This document shows, piece by piece, positions 25,521-37,405 of a stretch of DNA of 64,000 bases (its first letter is position 1; each line of letters starts with the position of its first letter). The stretch comes from the human T2T-CHM13v2.0 reference genome, Homo sapiens: NCBI RefSeq assembly GCF_009914755.1, contig NC_060941.1, one strand, 5' to 3'. Position numbers and translations under genes: made by a program. Below the pieces are notes generated by a model that ran no database searches, had not been told where the DNA came from, and worked only from the letters and a program-made list of their open reading frames with translations.

Positions 25521-26319
25521 TAAATCTCACTTTAGAAGATTCGTTCATTATCAAGTTATAGGGAGTTGTCTAAAATTAATTCCAAGTTTAAGTCGTGAGT
25601 ACCTGTTACACACTGTGTTTGTCAGCCTATCAATTCCTTTTACCACAAGAGGTCATCCATAAAATGTTCCTTGGCTTGAGTGTCAGAAGACCCTTAAACA
25701 AGTCTTTATTCCTGGGGATGTCACTTCTTCTTCCTGGCCATTAGCTATATAACAACAGGTTGGGCCTGATGACTTAAAAAAAAAACCTTACTTTATCCCC
25801 TTTTTATTTCATTTCCCATAATTCCAAGATATCCAATCAGCAGTCAACAGATAGCAAGTGTAGTAGCTGAGGTCAGAATAGGAAGAAAAAAGTCTATTTA
25901 TTTAAAGTTTAATTATAGCTGAATTTGGGGAACATGGACATTGGCAAGGTAGGACTTGCCTAGAGGGGCCCCAAATAACTGTCCAGTTGAGCAGGAAGGA
26001 GTAGACAGATACCACAGATACAGTTCAGGTTGGTAAGCTAAGGCAGGTTGGAATAGCCAGATGGTGCCTGGGGTCAGGATCAGTGCCTGGGGTCAGCATC
26101 AGTGACTAGGTTGGCAAGGCTGCTCTAAGAACAGAGGCTGTTTGCTTCTGGCTGATGACCCTCCCATGATGCTATGAGTGGGGACAAAAGGCCAGCAGTG
26201 GAGCCCTGCTCTTGACTGGCACAAGGTCAAATTCATCATCATTGATTCTTAGAGATGATCTTAGTAACTGTCAATTCACTGACTTTATCTGAATAAAATC
26301 TGAAGTTTTAAGCTAGTTT

Positions 26320-26802
26320 TATGGTTGTATAATTCTGGAGAAAGACCAAACTCTTGGGGACAGCATTCAAAGTTCTTCACTGTCTTTCTCTCCGGTCTCA
26401 TCTCCTTCCTCTTATACTCTCTTCCTCCCACTCTCTCTAGATGCTCTCAGCTCTTTGAAGGCACTCTACTTTCCCATGCCTTGCCTTGGTACCTGCACAT
26501 GCACTGCCTTCCTCTTCTCTCGTCATATTCTCCTGGACAGCTCCTACTCATGACTCAAAACTCAGCTCAGCTGTCACCTTCTCCAGGGAGCCTTCTTTGA
26601 CATCTTCTCCCTCAAATCTAGATCAAGGATCCTTTCTTATCCTCCCATGGCTTGCAGCGTTCTCTCTTATAACCCTCACTAAACTATTTGTTTATTTAAT
26701 TGCTTTCCCACTAAGAACATGAGTTCCTTGAGGACAGAGATTCTTATCGCTGTATCTACAGGGCATAGCAGAGTGAAATAGTCAATGATTTTTTGAGTGA
26801 AT
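26320..26802 (+). mobile_element. L2 LINE 3' fragment
   Basis: aaactcagctcagctgtcaccttctccagggagccttctttgac...tgagttccttgaggacagaga...ttttttgagtgaat. Confidence 0.65.
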
Positions 26803-28061
26803 AACTGTATTATAATTTTTTTAAAAAAGGAACTATAACCATCTAAGTCCATCTTATAACCATCTAAGTTATAGTTTTCTATCAGCATTGGACAAAACTG
26901 AAATTGGGCTTTAAGTCTTTGAGAACTTTGTACACCCTGTTAATAAATACTAAGAAGAAATGTTTGCAATGAGCATACACTTTGTTAGGGGGCAAATAGT
27001 TTCACTTTCAGTGTTTCGTGGACTAAGCATTCCCTTTGCTTATAAAACTTTGCAAAAATTATGCATGTTCTGCGTGCTAGGTGCTAGAATTCAGCCAGAC
27101 AAAGGGTGTGTACCAGGCCCTGCTGAATTAGCATCTTTGTATGGTAATGAAGCGTGAAGAGTGGCCTTTTGCTGTTTCTTTGTGACTCTGTTCCTTCCTG
27201 CTGGTGCTTCCAGTGGCATTTCCTTCAGGGAATTCTATTAGGAAGTAGATTCTTCAGGAGATGGATTGAGCTGGGAGGGAGCCAGAGGCTCAGAGGTGAG
27301 TGTATAGGGCAGGCCTAGAAGAGGCACAGAGAGTGAAGTTGTGTAACATACAAAGTACTAAACTCCACGAACTCCCTTAAGGAACTCTGGTGTAGGGAAG
27401 ACAATTGCTCAAGTGCTGGTGGCACTAACCCTCTGGCGTTTCACCTCTCCCTTGAAGTACTCCTAATTTGATCTTTCCACTGCTTCTCTCTGTAAAAGAA
27501 TCTCACTAAAGAAAGATACAAAATGCTCCACAGCTAAGACAAGCTCCCCAGAGAAAGTTGCCAAGGGAGGGGCAACTGCACCTTTGCTGCCCAGAGTCTG
27601 CCTCCCCATGGGGGCTTACTCTGATACCTGCCTCCCTTCATGCCTGCTGTCAGGGGTACTCACTCTTTTTTTGTTTCTAATTCTGTTGTGAGCAAAATCA
27701 GAGCCTTCCTTTGGTTCTTCTCAGCATCATTAACAGGCTTGCTTTTCAGAAAGATCTTTAGTAAAAACTCAGGGCAATTGATAAAGATAAGACTGCCACC
27801 ATTGTTAACAAGGACCACAAAACAAAACAATAACCTAGCTGAGATAGAAGAGTGCAGAGCTCTTGTCCATTATAACGAGGCCCCTGGAACTTGCTTTATT
27901 TTTCTCTAAAGGAATATGCCAAGCACCTTCTTTGTTCGAGCTTAGGTATTCTCTTCTGAAGTCTACTTTCTTTCAAGAAGAGGCCCAGTATTTATACCTT
28001 TATACTTCCACACAAACTGACCACTGTAGCATGAGACAGTACCACAGAGAGAAGTTGGACA

Positions 28062-28633
28062 AGATGGTAGACTATATTTTCCAAAATGGACTCATGGATA
28101 TGTATCCCATTCCACAAGTTCTTACAGTGTGGCATGACACCTCTCCATTAAGAAGTTAAATCTATGCTCTCTCTTCTTGAACCCAGTGGACCATTGTAAC
28201 AGCTTTGATCAATGGGATACAGTGGAAGGGTACTGTATGACTTCTGAGTCTAGGTCATAAAAAGTGAAATGGTTTCCACCTGGTGTCAGCATGCACCTTG
28301 GGAGCTGACATGTAAGAAGTCTGGCTACCCTAAAGCTGCCATGTTGGAGAGGTGGGATAGAGAGGCCACATGGAGACAGAAAGAGATGTCCATGGAGTTT
28401 GTTGTTGGAGTTTTCCCAGCCTTAACCACCAATGGGTGAAACTTCAGATAATTCTAGCCCCAAGCCCTGGAGGTTTCTAGCTGAGGGCCCAGACTTCAGG
28501 GATCAGAGAACAGACTTCCCTGTGGAGTCTTATTTGAATTCCTGACCCAAAGAGGGCATGAGTTTAATAGATGGTTGTCTTACACCACTGGATTTTGGGG
28601 AAATTTCTTATGCAGCATTAGATAATCAAAACA
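28062..28633 (+). mobile_element. MLT1H-like MaLR solo LTR
   Basis: tggtagactatattttccaaaatgg...tgacttctgagtctaggtcataaaa...gaattcctgaccca...tatgcagcattagataatcaaaaca. Confidence 0.8.
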
Positions 28634-29454
28634 AACAAGGAGAGCATTTTCCCAACGTTAGCACTGAGTTGCGTGACTTAACCTCCACCACTTTCTACTT
28701 TCCATGTTACCACTGACCCCTGGCACTTTTCCCCTCTTGATTTCTCCCCCATTTAAGGCTTCATCTTGCCCCTTTATTTGGACTTTGCTTCTTTGGCCAC
28801 CATCTTTCCTCTCTCCTCACCAATGATGGAGGTTCTGCTGCTTCTGCTGGCTTTCTTTCTCTGCCCTCCTTTCACCCGTCTTAGCTCAGGATCCTCTCCC
28901 ATGCCACAAACTTTCCACAGGGAGGCCCTGGAGAGGGACATGGGTACCAGGTGCTGGATGGCTGGGGAAGGCAATGTCCTTGTTGGGAACCTCACTTCTC
29001 AGGTGGCATTTACTCAGATATAAACCCTCCAGACACAAGTCTGCCACCTTCCTGTTCTTGAAGATGGAGAAAGCAAGATGGAGTGAACATGATAAAGGCC
29101 CTCTGCTTCCCTATGAAGATTATCCTTGGTGGTGAATAAAACAATGGGAGCAAATGCAAAAAGATCCCAGAAAACTAAAATATCAAAGGGCAGTGAGTGT
29201 TCCAACCAAAGATCTCAAATTGCTGATAGGATTTCCAGGAGGGTCACCAAGAACCTGCCATAGACCCCACTTCCCTAAGAATAGCAGACTCTGACACATG
29301 GAGAGCCAGTAAGAGTTAAAAGCAGAGTATTTCTCTAGTACCTGAATCCACTTTGAGAATGAGCTGGCTGCCTTGAGAAGGTGATTTGTGAGCCTGAGTC
29401 ACCTAATTGGAACAAGCCCAGAGGTAGCAATTAGACAATGTCAAGTCCTTGCTC

Positions 29455-29835
29455 TTCTCTTACTTGTTGTGTGACTGCTGACAAGTCACTTTACTTTTTT
29501 GAGGCTTCCTTTCCCTTTTTGTAAATGGGAATAATTCCAGCCTGCCTTGCCTCCTTCCAGGACTGCCATGAGGATAACATAGCATGATGCACAGGAAGAC
29601 ACTTTAATTGAAAGCATAGCACATGCCATGCTGGGTACTGGGCACTCTACTGATGTCATGTCACTTATTCTTTGTAACAATCCTGCAAGGTAGGAATGAT
29701 TACCCCATGTTACAGAGGAGGAAACAAAGGGGCAGTGGGACTATATAACTCCCCAAGAGCACATGGCTAGTAAGAGGCAGAGCTGGCATTCCAACTCAGA
29801 TTTTTCCGGTGCTGAAGCCAATATTCTTTCCATTA
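29455..29835. mobile_element. Two abutting MIRs in opposite orientation
   Basis: Sense tgtgtgactgctgacaagtcacttta...tgtaaatgggaataat then antisense attaccccatgttacagaggaggaaacaaagg...cacatggctagtaagaggcagagctgg. Confidence 0.75.
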
Positions 29836-30871
29836 GAGCATGATTACTATTAGTGCTGTTGTTGTTATTGAGTTATGCCTCTTCTGTGATCCATTTCGAG
29901 AGCATATTCTTAGTATAAGGAACACAATGAGGTATTTGGGTCTCATGGAAGGGTACCTGCTTGTCCCCAAATTCTCTCACTTTTAACCCCATAAGCCATA
30001 CTCCAACTAAATTAATCAGATTTCTGCAGCATTGTCTCCCAAAGAGGTCTGGATTCCTAAGACTGAGGTCCTCGGGGCATGCAGGGCCAGAGATGATGCA
30101 ACCAATGATGTGGCTGAGAAGATGACTATTTCCAGTGCCTGCTGATGGCATAAGGGAGACCAGGCAGCATTCCCCAGGACAGCCACCTTAGGGACAGGCT
30201 GATGGGAGGCTCAGTTTCTGCAACCTACAGGGAGCAAAAATCTGAGCCTGCAATGCAGGCAAATCTAGCCTGGACAAGCTACCTGAATTGGAATGAGCAG
30301 GAGAATTTCAGCATGTTCTCCTCACAATGCTCCCTAAATGACTTTTCTGATCAAAGAACACCACCCCCAACCCCAACAAATGGGCAACCTCGCAGTACTG
30401 GGAAAATGAGCAGCTGGGCATGCAGACCATGCTCTGCTTTCCAACAAATTAGCCTAGAACATGTGTATTCTGCCTATGGAGAATCAACATAAGGGGAAAT
30501 GTAAATGCAAGTGCAAGGCCTTCATTAAAGACAGCTCTCCTGCAAGCAAAGGCTGGAGGGGAGGGGTCTGGTTCTTTAGCAGTCAAAACCAAAGCAAGGT
30601 CTGTTACTCAAAGACCCTGGCCGTCTCTGGAAGCAGGGTGGAGGGAGGGGTGAGGAATTCCACACCTCCCAGCTGGAGGAAAGCTCAGAATGTACCATGC
30701 AAATTCTTTGATTAGCATTGGGAAATCATCTCCAGAAACTAGTTGATTCCCACTGGGATTCTCTCTAGCACAGCAGGGTACAGTAGGAAAGCAGGATTTG
30801 GAAAAGACTCCCAGTCATGCCATTTATGAGCCTGCCACTTGGGCAAGTTCCTGGCTCTGAGCATGTACACG

Positions 30872-31412
30872 TGTTACCGGAAAGGGGTCCCGATCCAGAC
30901 CCCAAGTTCTTGGATCTCACACAAGAAAGAATTCCAGGCAAGTCCGCAGTGCAAAGCGAAAGCAAGTTTATTAAGAAAATAAAGTGGTGAAAGAATAGCT
31001 ACTCCATAGACAGCGTAGGGTGTTCAGGAAAGTAAGAGGAGGAACACGCCCACTCTAGGTATAATGCTTCTTTATATACAGGATAACAAAAAAGTCATGG
31101 GGAGATGTGCTTTGCTATATCACAAGGGTTTGTGATAAAAGATTAGTTTTCTTTATTACTATATTTTGCAAGAATTGATATTATTGTCTTTAAAGCAAAA
31201 TTAAGAATGCTTCTGTTCTCAAGATAGTGGGATATCAGGATATTCCTGAGTCTGGGTCTGTTTAGTAAATGTTATGAATCTGTCCCCTTAACTGTAAACA
31301 TCTAGAGGCTAGGAATAGCTAACTTGCTGGGAATGTAGCCCAGCAAGTCCCAGCCTCATTTTTCCTAGCCCTCACTCAAGATGGAGTCGCTCTGGTTCAA
31401 ATGCCTCTGACA
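30872..31412 (-). mobile_element. MER41-family ERV1 solo LTR
   Basis: Termini tgttaccggaaaggggtcccgatccagacccc and caagatggagtcgctctggttcaaatgcctctgaca are the reverse complement of MER41 ends. Confidence 0.92.
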
Positions 31413-33734
31413 CTTGTATGTGCTTGTGTGAGCCAAAAGAAAGCATTGCTGAAAGCAAGAGGCTCACAGGGAGAGGTCACACAACACATGGCCCAGGAAG
31501 CCACTGAAAAACTACAACAAAAAATAATTGAGCTCTTTGAGGCCTGATGGGAATCTTACTAAAACCTTCCTTTCCTCCTTGAGGCTTGATTTTCACATCT
31601 TGACTCTGCCACTGACTCATCTGTGTGACGTAGTCTTATTCACTTTCCCTTCACCTGTGGGATGGACATACTGGTGCTCATCAGGGCCAGCAGAGGAATT
31701 CAAACGATGTGACATGTCTGAAAACACTCGCAAACTATAAATATACTTTGGGATTTTTTTTTTAACAGGGAGAGGGTGAAAATAAAAGAGAAAAGCAAAT
31801 TTCAAAGCAGTGTGTTCTTCCTCTTTGTGTGAATGAGGTCTACTGGGACTCTAATCCTTAGAGATTGTTCTTTAGGGCTCTGAGAAGATTGGCTCCAGAG
31901 CCTTTAAAATGATTTGGAAATTGAAAAGAGAAAGTTAAAGCCATGTATGAATTTGTTTGTGCAGGGCATAGGAGCAGACGGTGAGGACAGGGGTATGTAG
32001 AAGATCACCACGTCATCCCAGGTGGAGGTGAGCTGGGGAGGCAGTGAGGGTGGTCACAACACTGAGTGTGAAGGCTCTAGCCCCAGAGGAATTCAGATAG
32101 GAATAACACTTAAGAAGAACTCCCCCAGACCCTCTCTGCCTCTCCTGAAGCTGGAGCTGCACTAGATGAAATGGCATAGGGGCTGAGCCAGCTCAAATAC
32201 TTCCTGCTGCGAGTGTCCATGTTTTTAAGAACTGTAGCAGGGCTGGGCTCTCAGGGGGATCAGGGTGTGGGAAGTGGCAATCAGAAGGCATACAGATGTT
32301 AAGGAGGAGTGATAGGTAGCTGGTGTTAGCACAGAAGTACAGTGGGGCTTCTGGCTCTGCTGGCAGTGAAAAAGCAAGATCAGAAGGTGCTACATTGTCC
32401 TTGAGTGATCTCCTTTGTGGGTGGCCTGTGTTTCCTCACCTAGGACATAGGATCAAAGCTCTGCCTACCCCCTGGGGCCCGGGGGAATGAGACAAAGCAG
32501 CAGGTAAGAAAGGGTTTAGGGGCATGAAGCCAACTGAATGGGTGAGGGGCTGGTGGCCACCATCTGCAGGTGACCTTCTGGAACTACCGCCCTTCCCAGC
32601 ATCTTCTCCCTACTTGGCTGCTGGGACCTCATTTGGACCTCACCTTGGTCTCCACATGGACCCTCTGGGCTCTGTAATGTTACTCTCCCACCTCCCACAC
32701 TCTGGCCTCTCATGCTCTCTTCCTGAGTCCCCAGCCACATTCCCACCCCATTGGAACCGCTGGCCATTGGGATCTGGGCAGCCCATAGCCCCCTGGGAGG
32801 TAACAGCTCCCAGTGGTGAAACAGCTGTGATGGGGCTTCCACGCATTGTCTGCACCTCAGGGTGGGAGGTCCGTCTTGGCTGAGGGTAGATGCCCCTCAT
32901 CGTGGTCTCAGCAGTGGAAGGACAGGCTTGGCCAGGCCCAGGAGGCAGGAGGGGATCTGTTGCCTGTTACAGGAGAGTTCTCTTTTCTCTCTCTGCACTT
33001 TTCTCTGACCTCACATCTAATTTGGGTTAGGGCGTGGGAACACCTCCATCAGTGATGCCCCTGGGGTTCTGATGCTTTGGGCAAGGGTGGGGACTTAGGA
33101 TAAGCAGAAAGGGAATGGCTTTGAAGCTTTCAAGGCAGAGCTAAGGAATACTGTGAGTAAATCTGTTCCATGCCAAGAAGAGAACCCAGGAGGAAGGATA
33201 ATATGTCCCTGGATCCTATGGCACTTATTTGAAATGGGTTCCATAGAGCATGTAATCGACCTGGTCAGAAATGCAGAGGAATAATATTTCAGATGCTAGG
33301 TGGGGACAGGGTGTTCTGAAACCACCTTTGCAAAATTATGACAGTAAGAGAAATCTGACATAGTTGATTCCATCTTGCTTCTGACCTCTAAGCTGTCCTT
33401 GGTCATTCCTGGGCATAGGCCCATTCCTGGGCAAAGGCCAAGCTAACTTTCAAAGGAATTTAGTTTATAGTTTAACTTATAGTTAAACAAGGATGATAAT
33501 AGCTGCTTCCTAACAGTATTCCCCTCCCTGTTTGAGGGCTGTAACTGCCTTTGTGAAAACTAATGAGGGACCACAAGATTAGGATTCTGAGAGAGGCCTG
33601 AACTCTGCTAGACGTAGATGCAGTTTCTATAATCCCTTATTGCTCAGGAGTCATGTGGCTAGAGGTCACAAGATTTGTGACTTCCCCAATTGCTCCTGTA
33701 GATAACATCACTATTATAAAACCTAAGATTGGTC

Positions 33735-34032
33735 TTTTTTTTTTCTTTTCTCAGATGGAGTCTTGCTCTGTTGCCCAGGCTGGAGTACAGTGGCGTGATC
33801 TTGGCTCACTGCAATCTCCGCCTCCTGGGTTCAAGCGATATTCCCTGCTTCAGCTTCCCGAGTAGCTGGGATTACAGAGGCCCACCACCATGCTGGCTAA
33901 TTTTTGTATTTTTAGTAGAGATGGGGTTTTGCCATGTTGGCCAGACTGCTCTAGACCTCCTGACCTCAGGTGATCTGCCCATCTTGGCCTCCAAAAGTGC
34001 TGGGATTACAGGCATGAACCACTGCGCCCTGC
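33735..34032 (-). mobile_element. Alu (AluS-like) inside LTR8
   Basis: Antisense full-length Alu. Confidence 0.96.
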
Positions 34033-34039
34033 TGTTCTT

Positions 34040-34352
34040 TATTTTTTATTTATTTATTTACTTATTTTGAGATGGAGTTTCACTCTTGCGGCCCAGGCTG
34101 CAGCACAGTAGCATGATCTTGGCTCGCTGCAACCACCACCTCCTGGGCTCAAGTGATTCACCTGCCTCAGTTTCTTGAGTAGTTGGGATTACAGGTGCGC
34201 ACCACCCAACCAAGCTAATTTTTGTATTTTTAGTAGAGACAGGGTTTCACCATGTTAGCCAGGCTGGTCTTGAACTCCTGACCTCAGGTGATCCCGCCTG
34301 CCTCCACCTCTCAAAGTGCTGGGATTACAGGTGTGAGCCACCGCACCCGACC
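34040..34352 (-). mobile_element. Alu (AluS-like) with (TTTA)n tail, tandem with previous Alu
   Basis: gagatggagtttcactcttg...gtgagccaccgcacccgacc. Confidence 0.96.
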
Positions 34353-35139
34353 CAATTGGCCTTTTGATTTTTAGACTTGCATTTTGGCAACTGTCTGACC
34401 TCATCTAGACCGGTGACTCATGACTCAATGGGTCCCGTGGCACCCCCAAGAGGTGGACTCAGTGCACGAGGATGGTTTTCCACACCCCTATGATTTCATC
34501 CACAACCAACCAGCAGCACCTATTTCCCAGCCCCTCTGCCCACCAAATTATCCGTAAAAACCCTAAGCTCTGAGCTTTTGGGGAGACTAATTTGAGTAAT
34601 AACTCCCTGTCCTACATGGTTGGCGTTATGTCAATTAAACTCTTTCTTTACTGCAATGCTGTGGTCTCAGTGAATTGATTTTGTCTGTGCAGTGGCAGGA
34701 AGAACCCAACAGGTAATTACAGTTCTCTCAGCATAGTAGTAGACAGAGAAAGTGTGAGCGTGAGGTTATGCAGCCCAGACCAGGAGTCCAGGGAACAGGG
34801 TTCTTGCCTCAATGTTTCCACTTGGCACCCACAGGACCCTGAGCCTATTTTTCACTGATGAGGGAGGAGTGTCTGAATGGTTAAGTACCTTCTATATGCT
34901 TGACAAAGCACTAAGCACCTTTGTAGAGAGATGATCTCGTTTACTTTGAACCACAGCCATGAGAGTTATGGAGAATAACCTCTATTTTACCGACAAGGAA
35001 ACAGAAGCCCAGGGAGGTTGGGACCGTCAGAGATTCTGCTTCACTAGGTCTCTACTGAGCCCAAGAATCTATTTTTTAAAGAAATCTGAGTTTTTAAAAT
35101 GCTCCTTAGGTAATCCTGAGCCAGAATTATTAATTAATT

Positions 35140-36285
35140 ATTTATTCATTACATAGTAAATACATAGTATGTCAGAGGATGATAAGTGTTACATAGAAAA
35201 TTAGGCAGGTTAGGCAGGCAGAGAGCCCTGTGGTGGGGGTGTTTGCTCTCTTATCAAGGTTTGTCAGATAAGGCCCCACTGATGAGGTGACATTTGAGCA
35301 GAGACCTGAAAGAAGCAAGGAAGTGAGCCATGTGGCTCTCTGAAGGAAGAATCTCCCGGCAGAGGAAACAGCACATGACGGGCTCTCAGGCAGGCCGTGC
35401 CTAGCATGTTCAAGAAGAGTAGAGAGGCAGTGTGGTGGGGGCAGAGAGCGAGGGGGAGAGTGGCAGGAGAAGAGGTCAGGGAGGTGCAGGGACAGGCTAT
35501 GAAGATTCTTGCAGGCCTTTGTAAAGACTTTAATTTTGATTATGAAGTTTACGGCACACTATTAAAAGGCAGTGAGCAGATACGTGCCAGGGTATGGCTT
35601 GCGTTTTAAAAGGATAGTTCTGGCTGCTGTGTGGACTGACTACAGGGGCTGACAGTGGACTGACTACCGGGACTGCAAGGGAAGAAGCAGACAGACCAGT
35701 TTGGAGGCTCCAAAGTCATCCAAGGGAAGGTCACAGTGGCCTGAACCCTGGTGGATGCAGGGGAGGTGGTGAGAAGTAGTCAAAGTCTGGAAATATTTCT
35801 GAGGGTAGAGCTATTTGCTAATGGAGGTAGCAATGCAAGGTATCGAAAAGGACAGGAGCCAAAGATGAATTCCAAGTGTTGTCCTGAGTAACTGAAAGTG
35901 CTCAGGAAACCTGTTGCCTGAAAGTAAGTGAGTAGCAGCTAACTAAGGTGGGGAAGAAGGAAGGACATGTTGGTTTTGGGGGTGGAGATAAGAACTCAAG
36001 TTATCGACACAATGAGTTTAATATGTCTGTTAGACATCTGAATGGAGACGTTGAATAGGCAGTTAAGTTTATGAGTGTGGAGCTTGGGCGATGTGTGGAC
36101 TAAATATATAAACTAGGGAATTGTTAGTATATGTTTGGTATTTAAAACCAATAGACTGGAAGACATACCCTAAGGATTAAAAAAAGATGTCTGTGCCTTG
36201 GGACACTCCAGTATTTAGAGGCTGGAGAGATAAGGAGAATCAATATGATTGAGAAGGAGTGGCCAGTGAGTAAAAAGACAGTCAA
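35140..36285 (-). mobile_element. L2 (L2a-like) LINE fragment
   Basis: gaggtgacatttgagcagagacctgaa, ttttaaaaggatagttctggctgctgtgtgga, gtctgttagacatctgaatggagacgttgaataggcag. Confidence 0.85.
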
Positions 36286-36418
36286 AAAAGAATACAAATA
36301 CAATAAAGAGTCAGGAAAGAAAAATACAGCTGGGTGAGAAATGAGCTAATGGGGTGCTCCTTTGAATCACATTTTTTCCCCATCAAATTGTGTAAGTCAT
36401 CCCCAAATTGTCCATTTC

Positions 36419-36498
36419 TTTTTTTTTATTATACTTTAAGTTTTAGGGTACATGTGCACAACATGCAGGTTTGTTACATATGTATACATGTGCCATGT
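36419..36498 (-). mobile_element. 80-bp 5'-truncated L1PA (young primate L1) 3' end
   Basis: ttattatactttaagttttagggtacatgtgcacaacatgcaggtttgttacatatgtatacatgtgccatgt; perfect 14-bp TSD aaattgtccatttc. Confidence 0.95.
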
Positions 36499-36889
36499 AA
36501 ATTGTCCATTTCAAGCTGCTTTTCAAAGTGCATGGAATAATCAATCTTATCTTAAACTTATTGAGAACTAATTCTGTGCTGGGCATTCTTTAGGTGTTTT
36601 ATGCATATCAACACATTCAATCCATCGCAATTCTGAGAAGCAGGCACTGTTACTACCCCTGAATTAAAAGCAAGGAAATTGGCAAAAAGAGAAGCTAAAC
36701 TACTGCGAAAGTTCACACAGCTCCAGAATCCATGATCTTGACCATTTCACTACCCTTCCTCTATAAGCAGAATTCTTTAACCAACTTATCTGAGCAATTA
36801 TCCTTCTCCTCCTGCTCCTCTGCCATTGCTGCCACTTCTTCATTTTCTTCCTCATTACATTATCATCATCATCATCATCTCATGTAGCG

Positions 36890-37095
36890 GTTGTTGGGCA
36901 CTAACCATGGCCTTGGGCACTCTTCTACATATTCTATACAAATTATTTTTCAATTCTCACAATCACCCCGGAGAGAGATTTGAGGATCCCCATTTTGTAG
37001 GTGAAGAAATTAAGGATCAAAGAGGCTAAGTAATTCATTCATTCCCTATAATCTTTAAGAAGAAAAGCTGGGTTTCAAATTCAGATCTGCTAGGA
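36890..37095 (-). mobile_element. MIR SINE
   Basis: ccccattttgtaggtgaagaaattaaggatcaaagaggctaagtaatt...gggtttcaaattcagatctg. Confidence 0.7.
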
Positions 37096-37108
37096 TAGAA
37101 AGTTTTTT

Positions 37109-37405
37109 TTGGAGGGGGGGAGCGGAGATGGAGTCATGCTCTGTAACCCAGGCTGGAGTGCAGTGGCTTGATGTCTGCTCACTGCAACCTCCTCCTCCTG
37201 GGTTCAAGTGATTCTCCTGCCTTAGACTCCTGAGTAGCTGGGACTACAGACACTTGCTACCACATCCAGCTAATTTTTGTATTTTTAGTAGAGATGGGGT
37301 TTCACCATGTTTGCCAGACTAGTCTCAAACTCCTGACCTCAAGGGATCCACCTGCCTCAGCCTCCCAAAGTGCTGCAATTACAGGCGTGAGCCACTGTGC
37401 CCAGC
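37109..37405 (-). mobile_element. Alu (AluS-like) with C-rich tract before the tail
   Basis: Antisense Alu; TSD tagaaagtttttt / tagaaagttcttt. Confidence 0.95.

Larger units (their letters stand above)
33317..34721 (+). mobile_element. LTR8-family (LTR8A/B-like) ERV1 solo LTR carrying two Alus
   Basis: tgaaaccacctttgcaaaattatgacagtaagag...aattaaactctttc...taattaca; perfect 4-bp TSD gttc (33313-16, 34722-25). Confidence 0.9.

Noticed and set aside
25860-26200. Possible Gypsy-type LTR relics here and at about 19290-19640 and 53720-53930
   Set aside because: Resemblance too weak to call without a Dfam search
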